NCBI GenBank assembly: GCA_963828675.1 | Contig: CAWHFQ010000001.1 | Coordinates: forward strand, 1,538,261 to 1,602,260 | DNA: 64,000 nt | Direction: 5' to 3' | DNA from: an uncultured Gammaproteobacteria bacterium | GTDB taxonomy: Bacteria; Pseudomonadota; Gammaproteobacteria; Xanthomonadales; Rhodanobacteraceae | Shown here: positions 20,478 through 30,054 of the stretch, piece by piece | Layout of the letters: each line of letters begins with the position of its first letter | Position numbering within the stretch: position 1 is the first letter of the stretch | Position numbers and translations under genes: made by a program | Notes under the pieces: generated by a model | Told to the model about the DNA's origin: nothing | The model's database searches: none | Seen by the model: only the letters and a program-made list of their open reading frames with translations

Positions 20478-21861
20478 CCAGACGATCGAGGCGGGTGCGA
20501 TTGAGCCGCCTGAGCAGTTTGCGCACCTCGGCCGGGTAGCGCCGCGGACTTTCCAGCGCGTGGTAGTCGGCCAGCCGCACCGCGTGCCGGCGCAGCGCCG
20601 CCCATTCCGCCTGGTGCGCCGCATGCAGCAGTTTCGACGGATCGCGCAGCAGCAAGCCGTTTTCCAGGTCCAGCGCCCACGCGCGCGGGTTGAGGTTGTG
20701 GCCGGTCAGCACGGCGATGTCGTCGTCGACGAACAGACCCTTCAGGTGATAGCTGTTGTCGCCATCGCGCCACAAATGCAGGTTCAGCTGGCCGCTGTCG
20801 ATGTGGCGGCGATGCGCGCGCGCGAAGCGGCGCAGGTTGTTTTCGTACAGGTAGGGCAGCAGGCCGATCGTCTTGAACGGTTGCCCCGGCGGGATGTAGA
20901 AATCATTGGCGGTCTTGTCGCCGACCATGACGTCGATGACGCAACCACGTCGCAGCAACTGGCCCAACACGACGCGCATCGGTCGCGGCAGGTTGAAATA
21001 CGGGGTGAGCAGGATCAGCCGCTCGCGCGTGCCGCGCAGCAAGGCCAGCAACACCTCGTTGAGCGTGTTGTCGGTGCGGCCAAATCCCAGCAGCGGCGTC
21101 ACCGCCACTTCGCCGGCATCCAGTGCACTGATTGGCACCTGATAGGCGGCAGCTTGCAGGTCCTGGCGAAAATCGCGGATCGCCGGCTGCAGTGTTTTCG
21201 TGGATGGCACGTCGGCCACGTTCAGCCGACGCACCGCGTCACTGCCGATCAGATGCCGCTGCACGAACGCCGCCATCGCATCCGCCAAGCCACGGTGTTG
21301 CAACAGGTGATAGCGATCAAGCCGATAACGCTTGTGCCGCGCCAGGTAGACATCGTTGAGGCTGGCGCCGCTGTAGAGCACCGCGTCGTCGATCACGAAA
21401 CCCTTCAGGTGCAGCACCCCGAAAAGTTCGCGGTTCTGCACCGGCACGCCGTAGATGTCGACACCCGGACCGAGTCGATTCGCGTACTCGCGATACATCC
21501 CCGCGTTGCCGGCGCTCTTCTGTTTGCCGATCAGGCCGCGCTGCGCACGGTGCCAGTCGACGAATATTGTTATCTCCAGGGTTGGGTGACGCGCCCTGGC
21601 CGCGTACAGCGCGTCAAGCACCTCCCGTCCGGCATCGTCGTCCTGCAAATACAGCGTCACCAACACGATGCGTTGATGAGCCAGCGCAATGCGCTGCAGC
21701 AGCTCGCGCCGGAACGCCGCCGGATCGGACAACGGGGCGATGGCGTCGGCCGGTACAGCGAAAAATGGCAGGCCATTTAGGGAAGCGGATGTCTTCGGCT
21801 TGCGTCGGAAAGGCATCATGCGACGGGCCAGGCGAGCGGGTGTGCTGATCAACTTGTTCAT
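20461..21861 (-). CDS. pssA: CDP-diacylglycerol--serine O-phosphatidyltransferase (PLD-type PssA)
   Basis: Has two HKD-type motifs (VLHLKGFVIDD and YHLKGLFVDD). Its 466-aa length and layout match gammaproteobacterial PssA. Confidence 0.85.
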   Translation of the reverse strand: MNKLISTPARLARRMMPFRRKPKTSASLNGLPFFAVPADAIAPLSDPAAFRRELLQRIALAHQRIVLVTLYLQDDDAGREVLDALYAARARHPTLEITIFVDWHRAQRGLIGKQKSAGNAGMYREYANRLGPGVDIYGVPVQNRELFGVLHLKGFVIDDAVLYSGASLNDVYLARHKRYRLDRYHLLQHRGLADAMAAFVQRHLIGSDAVRRLNVADVPSTKTLQPAIRDFRQDLQAAAYQVPISALDAGEVAVTPLLGFGRTDNTLNEVLLALLRGTRERLILLTPYFNLPRPMRVVLGQLLRRGCVIDVMVGDKTANDFYIPPGQPFKTIGLLPYLYENNLRRFARAHRRHIDSGQLNLHLWRDGDNSYHLKGLFVDDDIAVLTGHNLNPRAWALDLENGLLLRDPSKLLHAAHQAEWAALRRHAVRLADYHALESPRRYPAEVRKLLRRLNRTRLDRLVNRLL

Positions 21862-21975
21862 GGCGACATCGGCGATGCAAGCACGCCCATCATTGCAAAG
21901 CCGAACCGAGGCGCCTGACAGCGCGCCTGAACCAGCGAGAAAACACGGCCAGCCGCACGCCTGCGCGCGGCGACC

Positions 21976-22380
21976 TCAATTGCCATGCACGGGAAACGTT
22001 TGCGCGCCGCCGGGTGCCGATTGCGAGGACGGCAGCGTTGACCGCCGGGCCGCGGGCTGGCGACTGGCGCCGCACTGGTAGGCGCCCCACGGCTGCGAGC
22101 CGTCGGCGGGCTCGGCCAGCGGCTTGATGGTATCGGCGTGCATCTTGGCCGCTTCGTTGCGGGCCATGACTTCCAGCTCGTCGCGTACCTTGATGTCGTT
22201 GCGATCGACCGGACCGACGTGATCCATCACCGACACGGTGACCTTGCCCAGGTCACGGCAGCCGGCGACGTCGCCGTTCCACGCCGTGCGCACGCCCTTG
22301 CCGGCACTGTCCAGGGTGATTCCCCAACTGCAGCCGCCGAGGACCAGGACAGGAACGAGTAACAACAGGGTCTTGCGCAT
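21976..22380 (-). CDS. DUF4156-like lipoprotein
   Basis: Has a GGAG SD, the signal/lipobox MRKTLLLLVPVLVLGGC, and an ARNEAAKMHADTI block. Confidence 0.65.
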   Translation of the reverse strand: MRKTLLLLVPVLVLGGCSWGITLDSAGKGVRTAWNGDVAGCRDLGKVTVSVMDHVGPVDRNDIKVRDELEVMARNEAAKMHADTIKPLAEPADGSQPWGAYQCGASRQPAARRSTLPSSQSAPGGAQTFPVHGN

Positions 22381-22501
22381 GATGACTCCGTGGCAATGCG
22401 GTGGAAGGGCAGAGAGGCCAGGCCGTTGCCGGCCCGGCCTCCATCCTAACGCGAGGATGTGCCGGCGCGCTGTACGCACGCTGGCTGCACCGAACGCTTA
22501 C

Positions 22502-25333
22502 TTACTTCACCGGTTTGCCGTCGGCGTCGATCACCTGCACCTCGCCAAGGTTCAGCGCGCGCACCGGTGCCTCGATCTTGCCCAGGTCGCCCACGATCAC
22601 CCAGGTCATCGCATCGGGCTTGACGATTTCCCTGATTGCCGTCTCGGCCGCAGCGGGGGTGACGGCCTCGAGGCGCGACTTCAACGTCTGCACGTAGTCG
22701 TCCGGCCGGTGGTACTGCACGATGCCGCTGATCGCGTCCAGTACCGCGCCAGTGGTTTCGTAGCTGCCCGGCAGGGCACGGATGCGCTGGTCCTTGATCT
22801 TGGCGACCTCGTCGGCGGTCAGCGGCTTGTCGCCGATCACCGCGCGCGCCTCCTTCAGCACCTCGGCGGCCGACTGCGCGGTCTTGTCGGTCTGCACCGG
22901 CGCGTAGAACAGAAACGGCCGTTGCCCCTGTGCATTCATCAGGAAACTCTGCGCACCGTAAGCCCAGCGCTTGTCCTCGCGCAGGTTCATGTTGAGACGC
23001 GAAGTGAAGGTGCCGCCGAACGCACCGTTGGCGGCCAGGATGGCCAGGTTGTTCTCGGCCAGCGTCGACGGGGCCAGCAGGCCGGCGAGGATCAGCGATT
23101 GCGGCGCATCCGCCCGGTTGATCAGGAACACGCGCGGTTTGGCCTGTGCCGCGACCGTGGCGATGTTCTTGGTCGGGAGGGCGCTGGCCGGGGCCTTCCA
23201 GTCGCCGAAGACCGCGTTCAACTGCGGAATGATCCGGGCCAGCGTGGTGTCTCCGGCAACCAGGATCCTGACGTTGTCCGGCCGCAGCCAGTCGTGCTGG
23301 AAGGCACGCAGGTCGGCGGCGGTCAGCGCCTTGATCTCGTCTTCGCTGCCCGAACCGGTGAACGGAATGCCGTAGGCGTGCCGGCTGCCGTACAGCAACG
23401 GCGGCAACGTGCGCAGGGCCAGGCCCATCGGCTGGGTCTTCTCCTGGGCGATGCCCGCCAGCCACTGGCCGCGCACGCGATCGATGTCCGCCGCCTTGAA
23501 CGCGGGGTTGCGCACCACGTCGGCGAACAGCGCCAGCGAAGGTTGCAACTGGTCGTTCAACGCATTCAGCGAGGCCTCGCAAACGTCCAGGTCACAGCCG
23601 GTGCCGATGATGGCGCCAAGCCGCTGCCGGCGCTTGGCGACTTCGACCGAATCCAGGTCACGCGTGCTCTCGCTCATCATCGCGCCGGTGAAGCTGGCGG
23701 TGCCCAGCTTGTGGCCCTGGTCGGCGGCGTAGCCCGAATCGAACAGCAGCTCGACCTGGGTCACCGGAATGGTGTGACGCTCGGCCAGGATCACCTCGAT
23801 GCCGTTGGCCAGCTTGCCGCGCTCGAGTTTCGGAAAGCTCAGCTCGGGGAAGCTGGTCACCTGCGGCACGCCGCTGCTGCGATCGAGCACGGACTTGCCA
23901 GTGATATAGGCGTGCGCCGCGGGCATGACCGGCGGCGGACGCTTCGGCGCCGCCCCCAGGGCCACGGCTTTCGCATCCTCGGCCGCGGGGTCGAAACCCT
24001 TGCCCGCGGGCAACACGGTGAGCAGATAGTCGCCCTTTTCCAGCCACTTGTCGGCCGCCGCCTTGACGCTGGCGACGGTGGCATCGCCGGAACGCTGCAG
24101 GTCTTTCCTGTACGCGCCCGGATCACCCCGGTAGACCTGGCCCTCGGCCAGGATCACGGCCTTGCCGCCAAACCCGCCGACCTTCTCCAGCCCGCGCACG
24201 AAGCCGGCGCGATTGGCCACCTTGGCGCGCTCCAGTTCATCCGCGGTCGGGCCGCCGGCGAGGAATTTCTTCAGCTCCTCGTTGATCACCGCCTCGACCC
24301 TGGCCGGGTCGACGCCCTGCTTCACGTCGGCCTGGATCTGGAACTGGCTGGCCAGCGCGAACTCGCCGATGCTGGCGGAAACGTCATCGACCAGCTTGTC
24401 CCGGTAGACCAGGCGCTGGTAGAGCCGCGACGTCTTGCCGCCGCCGAGCACGGTGGAGGCGAGGTCGAGCTGGATGGCGTCATCGCTGCCCAGCTGCGGT
24501 ACCACCCAGGTGCGGATGATGCGCGGCTGCGCCACGTGATCATGCTGCACGCCGCGCGTGGATGTCGCCAGCGGGGTGATCCAGGGCTGTTGGCGCGCCA
24601 CCGCCGGGCCGGCAGGGATGTCGCCGAAATACTTCGCGGCCTTCGCGCGCGCCTGCGCCAGGGTGATGTCGCCCGCAAGCACCAGGGTGGTGTTGGCGGC
24701 GCCGTAATTGCTGTTGAACCAGTGCTTCACGTCGCCGAGCGAGGCCGCGTTCAAGTCGGCCATCGAACCGATCGTGTCGTGCTGGTACGGATGATTGGCC
24801 GGGTAGGTGTGCGCCAGGATGTTTTCGTCGACACGGCCGTACGGGCGGTTTTCGCCCTGGCGCTTCTCGTTCTGCACGACGCCGCGCTGGGTGTCCAGCT
24901 CCTTCTGCCCGATCGCGCCGAGCAGGTGGCCCATGCGGTCGGACTCCATCCACAACGCCATGTCCAGCGCCGTGGTCGGTACCGTCTCGAAATAATTGGT
25001 GCGATCGAACCAGGTGGTGCCGTTCATGTCGGTGGCACCGGCTTTCTCGAACGGGCCGAAATAGGTGCCCTTGCGATTCTCCGAACCGGAGAACATCAGG
25101 TGCTCGAACAAGTGCGCGAAACCGGTCTTGCCCTTCGGCTCGTCGGCCGAGCCGATGTGGTACCAGATGCTCACGGCGACTACCGGCGCCTTGTGGTCCT
25201 CGTGCACCACCACGGTCAGTCCGTTGGCCAGGGTGAAGCGGGTGTAGGCGATATCCGGGATCTGGCTCGTGGCCGTCGCGGTCGACGGCGCCGGCGGCTG
25301 CCAGTGCGGGGATGCCGCCCGCGCCGAAAGCAA
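22502..25333 (-). CDS. M16 family (pitrilysin/insulinase-like) two-unit zinc peptidase; the signal peptide appears to be in another frame
   Basis: Contains the inverted zinc motif HLFEHLMF and two M16 active/inactive domain pairs. The open frame starts only at a TTG. A canonical signal peptide (GTG at 25373, MTKKPLALLVAGLLAFGAGG...) lies upstream in a different frame. Confidence 0.85.
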   Translation of the reverse strand: MLSARAASPHWQPPAPSTATATSQIPDIAYTRFTLANGLTVVVHEDHKAPVVAVSIWYHIGSADEPKGKTGFAHLFEHLMFSGSENRKGTYFGPFEKAGATDMNGTTWFDRTNYFETVPTTALDMALWMESDRMGHLLGAIGQKELDTQRGVVQNEKRQGENRPYGRVDENILAHTYPANHPYQHDTIGSMADLNAASLGDVKHWFNSNYGAANTTLVLAGDITLAQARAKAAKYFGDIPAGPAVARQQPWITPLATSTRGVQHDHVAQPRIIRTWVVPQLGSDDAIQLDLASTVLGGGKTSRLYQRLVYRDKLVDDVSASIGEFALASQFQIQADVKQGVDPARVEAVINEELKKFLAGGPTADELERAKVANRAGFVRGLEKVGGFGGKAVILAEGQVYRGDPGAYRKDLQRSGDATVASVKAAADKWLEKGDYLLTVLPAGKGFDPAAEDAKAVALGAAPKRPPPVMPAAHAYITGKSVLDRSSGVPQVTSFPELSFPKLERGKLANGIEVILAERHTIPVTQVELLFDSGYAADQGHKLGTASFTGAMMSESTRDLDSVEVAKRRQRLGAIIGTGCDLDVCEASLNALNDQLQPSLALFADVVRNPAFKAADIDRVRGQWLAGIAQEKTQPMGLALRTLPPLLYGSRHAYGIPFTGSGSEDEIKALTAADLRAFQHDWLRPDNVRILVAGDTTLARIIPQLNAVFGDWKAPASALPTKNIATVAAQAKPRVFLINRADAPQSLILAGLLAPSTLAENNLAILAANGAFGGTFTSRLNMNLREDKRWAYGAQSFLMNAQGQRPFLFYAPVQTDKTAQSAAEVLKEARAVIGDKPLTADEVAKIKDQRIRALPGSYETTGAVLDAISGIVQYHRPDDYVQTLKSRLEAVTPAAAETAIREIVKPDAMTWVIVGDLGKIEAPVRALNLGEVQVIDADGKPVK

Positions 25334-25500
25334 GAAGGCCTGCGACCAGCAGGGCGAGCGGTTTCTTTGTCACGGTGAACCTCCTGTTTCACGATTGAGT
25401 CCGCGCAGGCTAGCCGGCGCCCTCTGCGTTTCGCAAATGACTGGCAGCACGGGCGGGCGCGCCGCGTCCATGTCATGTCCGGCTGTCCGGCAGCGGGCGC

Positions 25501-25522
25501 CCGACTGTCCGCGGACAGTCGG
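25501..25522. promoter_or_regulatory. perfect 22-bp palindrome CCGACTGTCCGCGGACAGTCGG (candidate enhancer-binding-protein site)
   Basis: Read directly. Its centre lies about 76 bp upstream of the sigma54 -24 element. Extra TGTCCGG half-site-like repeats lie at 25477-25490. Confidence 0.45.
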
Positions 25523-25585
25523 GGAGATACCCGCCGTGCCTTGGCCGACCGAGGAAAATCGCGGTTTCAACGCATTTCCCGAGGC

Positions 25586-25601
25586 TGGCACGCCGCTTGC
25601 A
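25586..25601 (+). promoter_or_regulatory. sigma54 (RpoN) -24/-12 promoter TGGCACGCCGCTTGCA
   Basis: Exact match to the YTGGCACG-N4-TTGCW consensus with correct GG/GC spacing (25587/25599). It lies 47 nt upstream of the small ORF at 25648. Confidence 0.6.
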
Positions 25602-25647
25602 CTCCCGCAATCACAGGGACTTCCATCCTTTCATCGGAGACGTGATC

Positions 25648-25851
25648 ATGAAATTCGAAACCTTGATGTTGCGCGGCTTGTTCATCGCCTGCCTGGCCGT
25701 TTGCGGCCTGATCCTCGGCGCCATGGTGACGACCAGTCCGGCTTCCGTGCAGCTCGCGGCCAGCCACAGCGTCGGCGCGATCCTGCTGGCCGCCCCCAGC
25801 AGCTGCGCGCTCCCGCCGGACGGCGTGGTCTGCCCGCAGACCGGTAGCTGA
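25648..25851 (+). CDS. hypothetical 67-aa Cys-containing membrane/secreted peptide
   Basis: A GGAGA SD lies 7 nt upstream of the ATG. The N-terminal segment [22 protein letters not shown] is hydrophobic and the C-terminus has a [10 protein letters not shown] pair. I recognise no family. Confidence 0.5.
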   Translation: MKFETLMLRGLFIACLAVCGLILGAMVTTSPASVQLAASHSVGAILLAAPSSCALPPDGVVCPQTGS

Positions 25852-25892
25852 GCATTCGACGAAATACCGTGCGGACACGCGATAATGGCCGG

Positions 25893-26366
25893 ATGCTCCA
25901 CGTCATCCTGTTCAATCCCGAGATTCCGCCCAACACCGGAAACGTGATTCGCCTGTGCGCGAACACCGGCACCGCACTGCACCTGATCCGGCCGCTCGGC
26001 TTCGAGCTCGACGATGCCCGCCTGCGCCGCGCCGGTCTGGACTACCACGAGTACGCCAGCGTCGCCGTGCATGACGACCTGACCGGCTGCCTTGAAGCGA
26101 TCGGCATGCCGCGCGTTTTCGCCTTCACCACACGCGGCCGCGTCGCTCACGTCGATGCCCGCTTCGCCGATGGCGATGCATTGCTGTTCGGCTGCGAAAC
26201 GGCCGGCCTGCCGGGCGACGTACTGGAGTCGATTCCCGCCGGACAACGCCTGCGCCTGCCGATGTGCCCGAACAGCCGGAGCCTGAACCTGTCGAACACG
26301 GTCGCCGTGGCCGTCTACGAAGCCTGGCGCCAGCTCGGCTTTCCCGGTGCGGCACCGAATTCGTAG
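25893..26366 (+). CDS. trmL: tRNA (cytidine(34)/uridine(34)-2'-O)-methyltransferase TrmL (SpoU family)
   Basis: Starts [26 protein letters not shown] and contains LLFG.E..GLP and SLNLSN blocks. Length is 157 aa. Confidence 0.9.
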   Translation: MLHVILFNPEIPPNTGNVIRLCANTGTALHLIRPLGFELDDARLRRAGLDYHEYASVAVHDDLTGCLEAIGMPRVFAFTTRGRVAHVDARFADGDALLFGCETAGLPGDVLESIPAGQRLRLPMCPNSRSLNLSNTVAVAVYEAWRQLGFPGAAPNS

Positions 26367-26394
26367 GAACCAGCCGGCGGGCTACAATCGGCGG

Positions 26395-27060
26395 ATGAAT
26401 GCCGCCACTCCCAACTCCTGGTTGCCGCAACCGCTGCGCAAGCTCGCCGGCCGCGCGCTGGAAACCGCGCTGAATCACACCCTGTCGCTGGATCCGGACA
26501 CGCAGCAGAAGCTGGCCGCGCTGAACGGTCGCAGCGTGCAGTTGCACCTGCGCGGGCCGGAAATTGCGCTGGCCGTCACCGTCGACGATTCCCGTTTGAA
26601 AGTCGGCCCGCCCGAAGAAAATGGCGCGCGGCGCGACAGCCAGCTGAAAGTGGCGGCCACTCCGGGCAGCCTGCTGGCGATGATGTTCCGCCGCGACGAC
26701 GACGGCATCGCGCCGGGCAAGGTGGAGATCGCCGGCGACGCCGAACTGGCGCGTCGACTGGAGAAACTGGCCGGCAAGTTCACTCCGGATTTCGAGGAAG
26801 CGTTCGCCCGCACCTTCGGCGACGTGATCGGCGTGCCGCTGGCCAGGGCCGTGCGCAAGGGCCTGGCCCACGCCCGCGATACCGCCAGCCATCTCACCGA
26901 AGACGGCGCCGACTGGCTGCGCGACGAGGTACGCGTGGCGATGGCACCGGGCGAGGTCGAGGGTTTCCTCGATGGCGTGGACGACGTGCGCGAGCGCAGC
27001 GAGCGGCTGGCAGCGCGCGTGCAACGACTCGCCCAGCGCCTGCAAGGCAACGCCGCGTGA
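26395..27060 (+). CDS. ubiJ: ubiquinone biosynthesis accessory factor UbiJ (SCP2 domain)
   Basis: Has an SCP2-like N-terminal domain ([28 protein letters not shown]). It lies immediately upstream of ubiB and overlaps it. Confidence 0.8.
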   Translation: MNAATPNSWLPQPLRKLAGRALETALNHTLSLDPDTQQKLAALNGRSVQLHLRGPEIALAVTVDDSRLKVGPPEENGARRDSQLKVAATPGSLLAMMFRRDDDGIAPGKVEIAGDAELARRLEKLAGKFTPDFEEAFARTFGDVIGVPLARAVRKGLAHARDTASHLTEDGADWLRDEVRVAMAPGEVEGFLDGVDDVRERSERLAARVQRLAQRLQGNAA

Positions 27061-28706
27061 CGCCGCTGAAGGTGGTGCCGCGCCTGCTGCGGGTGGCCTC
27101 GGTGCTGCTGGCGTACCGGCTCGACGAACTGGTCGATGCCGCCCACCTGTATCGCCCGCTGAAACTGCTGCGGCCGCTGGTGGCGCGTCCACGCGTCGAC
27201 ATCGCCGGCCTGCCGCGCGGTGCGCGCCTGCGCCATGCGCTGACCGAACTGGGGCCGATCTTCGTCAAGGCCGGCCAGGTGCTGTCCACCCGCCGCGACC
27301 TGGTGCCGGCCGACATCGCCGACGAGCTCGCCCTGCTGCAGGACCAGGTCGCGCCATTCCCCGGCAGCGAGGCGCGCACCATCGTCGAGCAGGAGTTGAA
27401 ACTTCCGATTGGCCGTCTATACGCCCAATTCGACGAAAGCCCGCTGGCCTCCGCCTCGATCGCCCAGGTGCATGCCGCCACGTTGCATGACGGCCGCGAG
27501 GTGGTGGTGAAGGTGCTGCGTCCCGGCATCGACGCACAGATCGCCCGCGACGTGAAACTGCTGCGATCGCTTGGCGAGCTGGCGCAGCGCTGGCATCCGA
27601 ACGCCGACAAGATCCGCCCGCTGGACGTGGTCGCCGAAGTCGAGAAGATGCTGGAGAACGAGCTGGACCTGCAGCGCGAAGGCGCCAGCGCCAGCCTGCT
27701 CAAGCGCAACTTCGCCAGCGGCGTGGACTTGCATGTGCCGGCGGTGCATTGGGAGCTGACCAGCGCGCGCGTACTGACGCTGGAGCGCGTGCACGGCATC
27801 AGCTCGGACGACATCGCCGCGATCGATGCCGCCGGTCTCGACCGCAAGGCTCTCGCCGTCAAGGGCGTGCGGGTGTTCTACGAGCAGGTGTTTCGCGACA
27901 ACTTCTTCCACGCCGACGCCCACCCCGGCAACATCTGGGTCGATCCATCACGCACCGGCGAGCCGCGCTTCATCGCGCTGGATTTCGGCATCATGGGTTC
28001 GCTGCCCGAGGCCGACCAGTACTGGCTGGCGCAGAATTTCATCGCGCTGTTCGAACGCGACTACGCGCGCATCGCCAAGCTGCACGTGGACGCCGGCTGG
28101 ATGCCTGCCAACGTGCGGTTGGACGAACTGGAGGCGGCCGTACGCACGGTATGCGAGCCGTACTTCACCCGCCCGCTGTCGCAGATCTCGCTGGCCGAGC
28201 TGGTGGTGAAGCTGTTCCAGACCGCGCGCCGCTTCGAGCTGACCCTGCAGCCGCAGCTGATCCTGCTGCAGAAGACCCTGCTCAACATCGAAGGCGTGGG
28301 CCGCATGCTCGACCCGGAGATCGACATCTGGGCGGTGGCGCATCCCGTGCTGAAACGCATCCTGCGCGAGCGCTACAGCCCGCTACGCACCCTGCGCGAG
28401 GTGCGCAGGCGGCTGCCCGAATGGCTGCACGAGGCTCCGCAATTCCCCCAGCTCGTCCGCGACGCGCTGCGCCAGATCGGCCGCGGTGAACAGCGCACAC
28501 TGAGCGATCCATTGGCCCTGAAGCTGCAACTGGACAACGCCCGTCGCCAGCACAGGCTGATCGCGTGCAGCCTGCTCGGCAGCACGCTGCTGATCGCGGC
28601 GGTGCTGCTCGGCACCCTGTCGCCGCAGCACGGCATCTGGCCATCCGCATGTTCGGGTGTCGCCGGCCTGCTCGCGTTCGCGCTCGGCTGGCCACGCTCA
28701 CGCTGA
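27057..28706 (+). CDS. ubiB: ubiquinone biosynthesis regulatory protein kinase UbiB (ABC1/ADCK family)
   Basis: Contains [36 protein letters not shown] and two C-terminal TM helices. Length is 549 aa. Confidence 0.93.
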   Translation: MTPLKVVPRLLRVASVLLAYRLDELVDAAHLYRPLKLLRPLVARPRVDIAGLPRGARLRHALTELGPIFVKAGQVLSTRRDLVPADIADELALLQDQVAPFPGSEARTIVEQELKLPIGRLYAQFDESPLASASIAQVHAATLHDGREVVVKVLRPGIDAQIARDVKLLRSLGELAQRWHPNADKIRPLDVVAEVEKMLENELDLQREGASASLLKRNFASGVDLHVPAVHWELTSARVLTLERVHGISSDDIAAIDAAGLDRKALAVKGVRVFYEQVFRDNFFHADAHPGNIWVDPSRTGEPRFIALDFGIMGSLPEADQYWLAQNFIALFERDYARIAKLHVDAGWMPANVRLDELEAAVRTVCEPYFTRPLSQISLAELVVKLFQTARRFELTLQPQLILLQKTLLNIEGVGRMLDPEIDIWAVAHPVLKRILRERYSPLRTLREVRRRLPEWLHEAPQFPQLVRDALRQIGRGEQRTLSDPLALKLQLDNARRQHRLIACSLLGSTLLIAAVLLGTLSPQHGIWPSACSGVAGLLAFALGWPRSR

Positions 28707-28727
28707 CCGCCCGCTCCACTGTGGGAG

Positions 28728-28804
28728 CGACTTCAGTCGCGATGCCTTTGCTCGACTCGCATGGCGAGGCATCACGGCTGAAGCCGCCCCCAAAGTCCGC
28801 GCCG
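28728..28804. repeat. REP-like palindrome (degenerate GGGAGCGACTTCAGTCGCGATGCC copy)
   Basis: Arms are ctgtgggagcgacttcagtcgcgatgcc and ggcatcacggctgaagccgcccccaaag. It is intergenic between ubiB and truC. Confidence 0.75.
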
Positions 28805-28824
28805 CCACTGCCTGACAGACAAGA

Positions 28825-29565
28825 ATGATCGACATCCTCTACCAGGACGACGCCATGATCGCGGTGAACAAGCCCGCGAACCTCGCCGTGCACCGCTCGA
28901 AGATGGTCGGCAACGCCGAGGAATTCCTGATCGACCTGCTGCGCGAGCAGATCGGCGACAGCGTGTACCTGGCCCATCGACTCGATCGCGCGACCAGTGG
29001 CGTGCTGCTGGTCGCGCGCAGCAAGGAGGTCGCCGCCGCGCTGGGCGAGCAGTTCATGGGGCGATCGGTGCACAAGCAATATCTGGTGGTGGTCCGCGGC
29101 TGGCCCGACCCGGATGAAGGCCTGATCGACTACCCGCTGCCCGGCTCGCGCGAAACCGGTCCGCGTCGCGAGGCGCGCACGCACTACCGGCAACTGGCCA
29201 CGATCGAGGTACCGATCGAACTCGGCCGCTACCCGCAACAGCGCTACGCCCTGCTGCTGGCCGAGCCGGAGAGCGGCCGTTTCCGCCAGATCCGCAAGCA
29301 CCTGGCGCATATCCACCACCCGGTGATCGGCGATTGTCAGCACGGCCGCGGCGACCACAACCGGCTGTACAAGCAGCACTTCGGTTGCCACCGGATGCTG
29401 CTGCACGCTTGGCGTGTGCGCTTCGCGCATCCGCTGACGGGAGCCGCCATGGAGGTCGAGGCACCGCTGGACGATGCGTATGTCGGGTTGCTTCTACGCT
29501 TCGGCTGGACCTTGCCGAAGCCGCTCCCATGTAGGAGCGGCTTCGGCCGCGATGCTTTTGACTGA
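28825..29565 (+). CDS. truC: tRNA pseudouridine(65) synthase TruC (RluA family)
   Basis: Colinear with E. coli TruC as I remember it (ILYQD...AVNKP..L.VHRS, HRLDRATSGVLL, RYP..RYAL, HQ.RKHLAH..HP..GD). The last 12 codons are encoded by a REP element. Confidence 0.85.
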   Translation: MIDILYQDDAMIAVNKPANLAVHRSKMVGNAEEFLIDLLREQIGDSVYLAHRLDRATSGVLLVARSKEVAAALGEQFMGRSVHKQYLVVVRGWPDPDEGLIDYPLPGSRETGPRREARTHYRQLATIEVPIELGRYPQQRYALLLAEPESGRFRQIRKHLAHIHHPVIGDCQHGRGDHNRLYKQHFGCHRMLLHAWRVRFAHPLTGAAMEVEAPLDDAYVGLLLRFGWTLPKPLPCRSGFGRDAFD

Positions 29566-29604
29566 TGGATCGGAGAGCATCGCGGCTGAGGCCGCTCCTA
29601 CGGA
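29528..29604. repeat. REP-like palindrome (GTAGGAGCGGCTTCGGCCGCGATGC copy) overlapping the truC stop
   Basis: Arms are tgtaggagcggcttcggccgcgatgct (29530-29556) and agcatcgcggctgaggccgctcctacg (29576-29603). Confidence 0.85.
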
Positions 29605-29631
29605 TTCGTGCCATCCCCTACACTTCCCCGC

Positions 29632-30054
29632 ATGCTGACGATCAGCCGCACCCTCTCCCTGCCCGAATCCGAACTGGTCGAACGCTTCCTGCGCGCCGAC
29701 GGCCCCGGCGGACAGCACGTGAACCGCACCGAGAGTGCGGTGGAGTTGCGTTTCGACGTGATCAGCTCGCCGTCGCTGCCGGAGGAAATCCGCGCACGCC
29801 TGCTGGCGCGGCGCGATCGGCGGCTCACCGCCGAAGGCGTACTGGTGATCCAGGGCCGCCGCTTCCGCGATCAGGTGCGTAATCGCGATGACGTGCGCGA
29901 GCGGCTGGTCGAGATCATCCGCGGCGTACTGGTGCCACCGAAGAAACGCGTCGCCACCAAACCCACCCGTGCCTCGAAGGAGCGCCGCCTGGTCGGCAAG
30001 CAGCAACGCGGCAAGATCAAGCAAACGCGGTCGCGCAAACCGGACTTCGAATGA
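29632..30054 (+). CDS. arfB: alternative ribosome-rescue factor ArfB (peptidyl-tRNA hydrolase, GGQ)
   Basis: Contains the GPGGQHVNRTESAVELRFD GGQ motif and a basic C-terminal tail KKRVATKPTRASKERRL..KQQRGKIK. Length is 140 aa. Confidence 0.9.
   Translation: MLTISRTLSLPESELVERFLRADGPGGQHVNRTESAVELRFDVISSPSLPEEIRARLLARRDRRLTAEGVLVIQGRRFRDQVRNRDDVRERLVEIIRGVLVPPKKRVATKPTRASKERRLVGKQQRGKIKQTRSRKPDFE

Noticed and set aside
22238-25378. A 1046-aa ORF on the + strand. Similar very long ORFs lie opposite or out of frame to real genes: 11356-13629(-), 40038-42482(+), 41674-43479(+), 60328-62598(+), 6574-8370(-), 15605-17323(+), 479-1687(-) and 1554-2762(-).
   Set aside because: These are Arg/Ala/Gly/Pro/His-rich translations with no recognisable motifs. 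Each fully overlaps a gene with clear family signatures on the other strand or frame. They are typical shadow ORFs of a genome with roughly 70% GC.
25597-25647. The upstream extension (MHSRNHRDFHPFIGDVI...) of the small ORF at 25648.
   Set aside because: The extension starts at a non-ATG codon inside the predicted sigma54 -12 element and has no SD. The ATG at 25648 has a GGAGA SD at ideal spacing.
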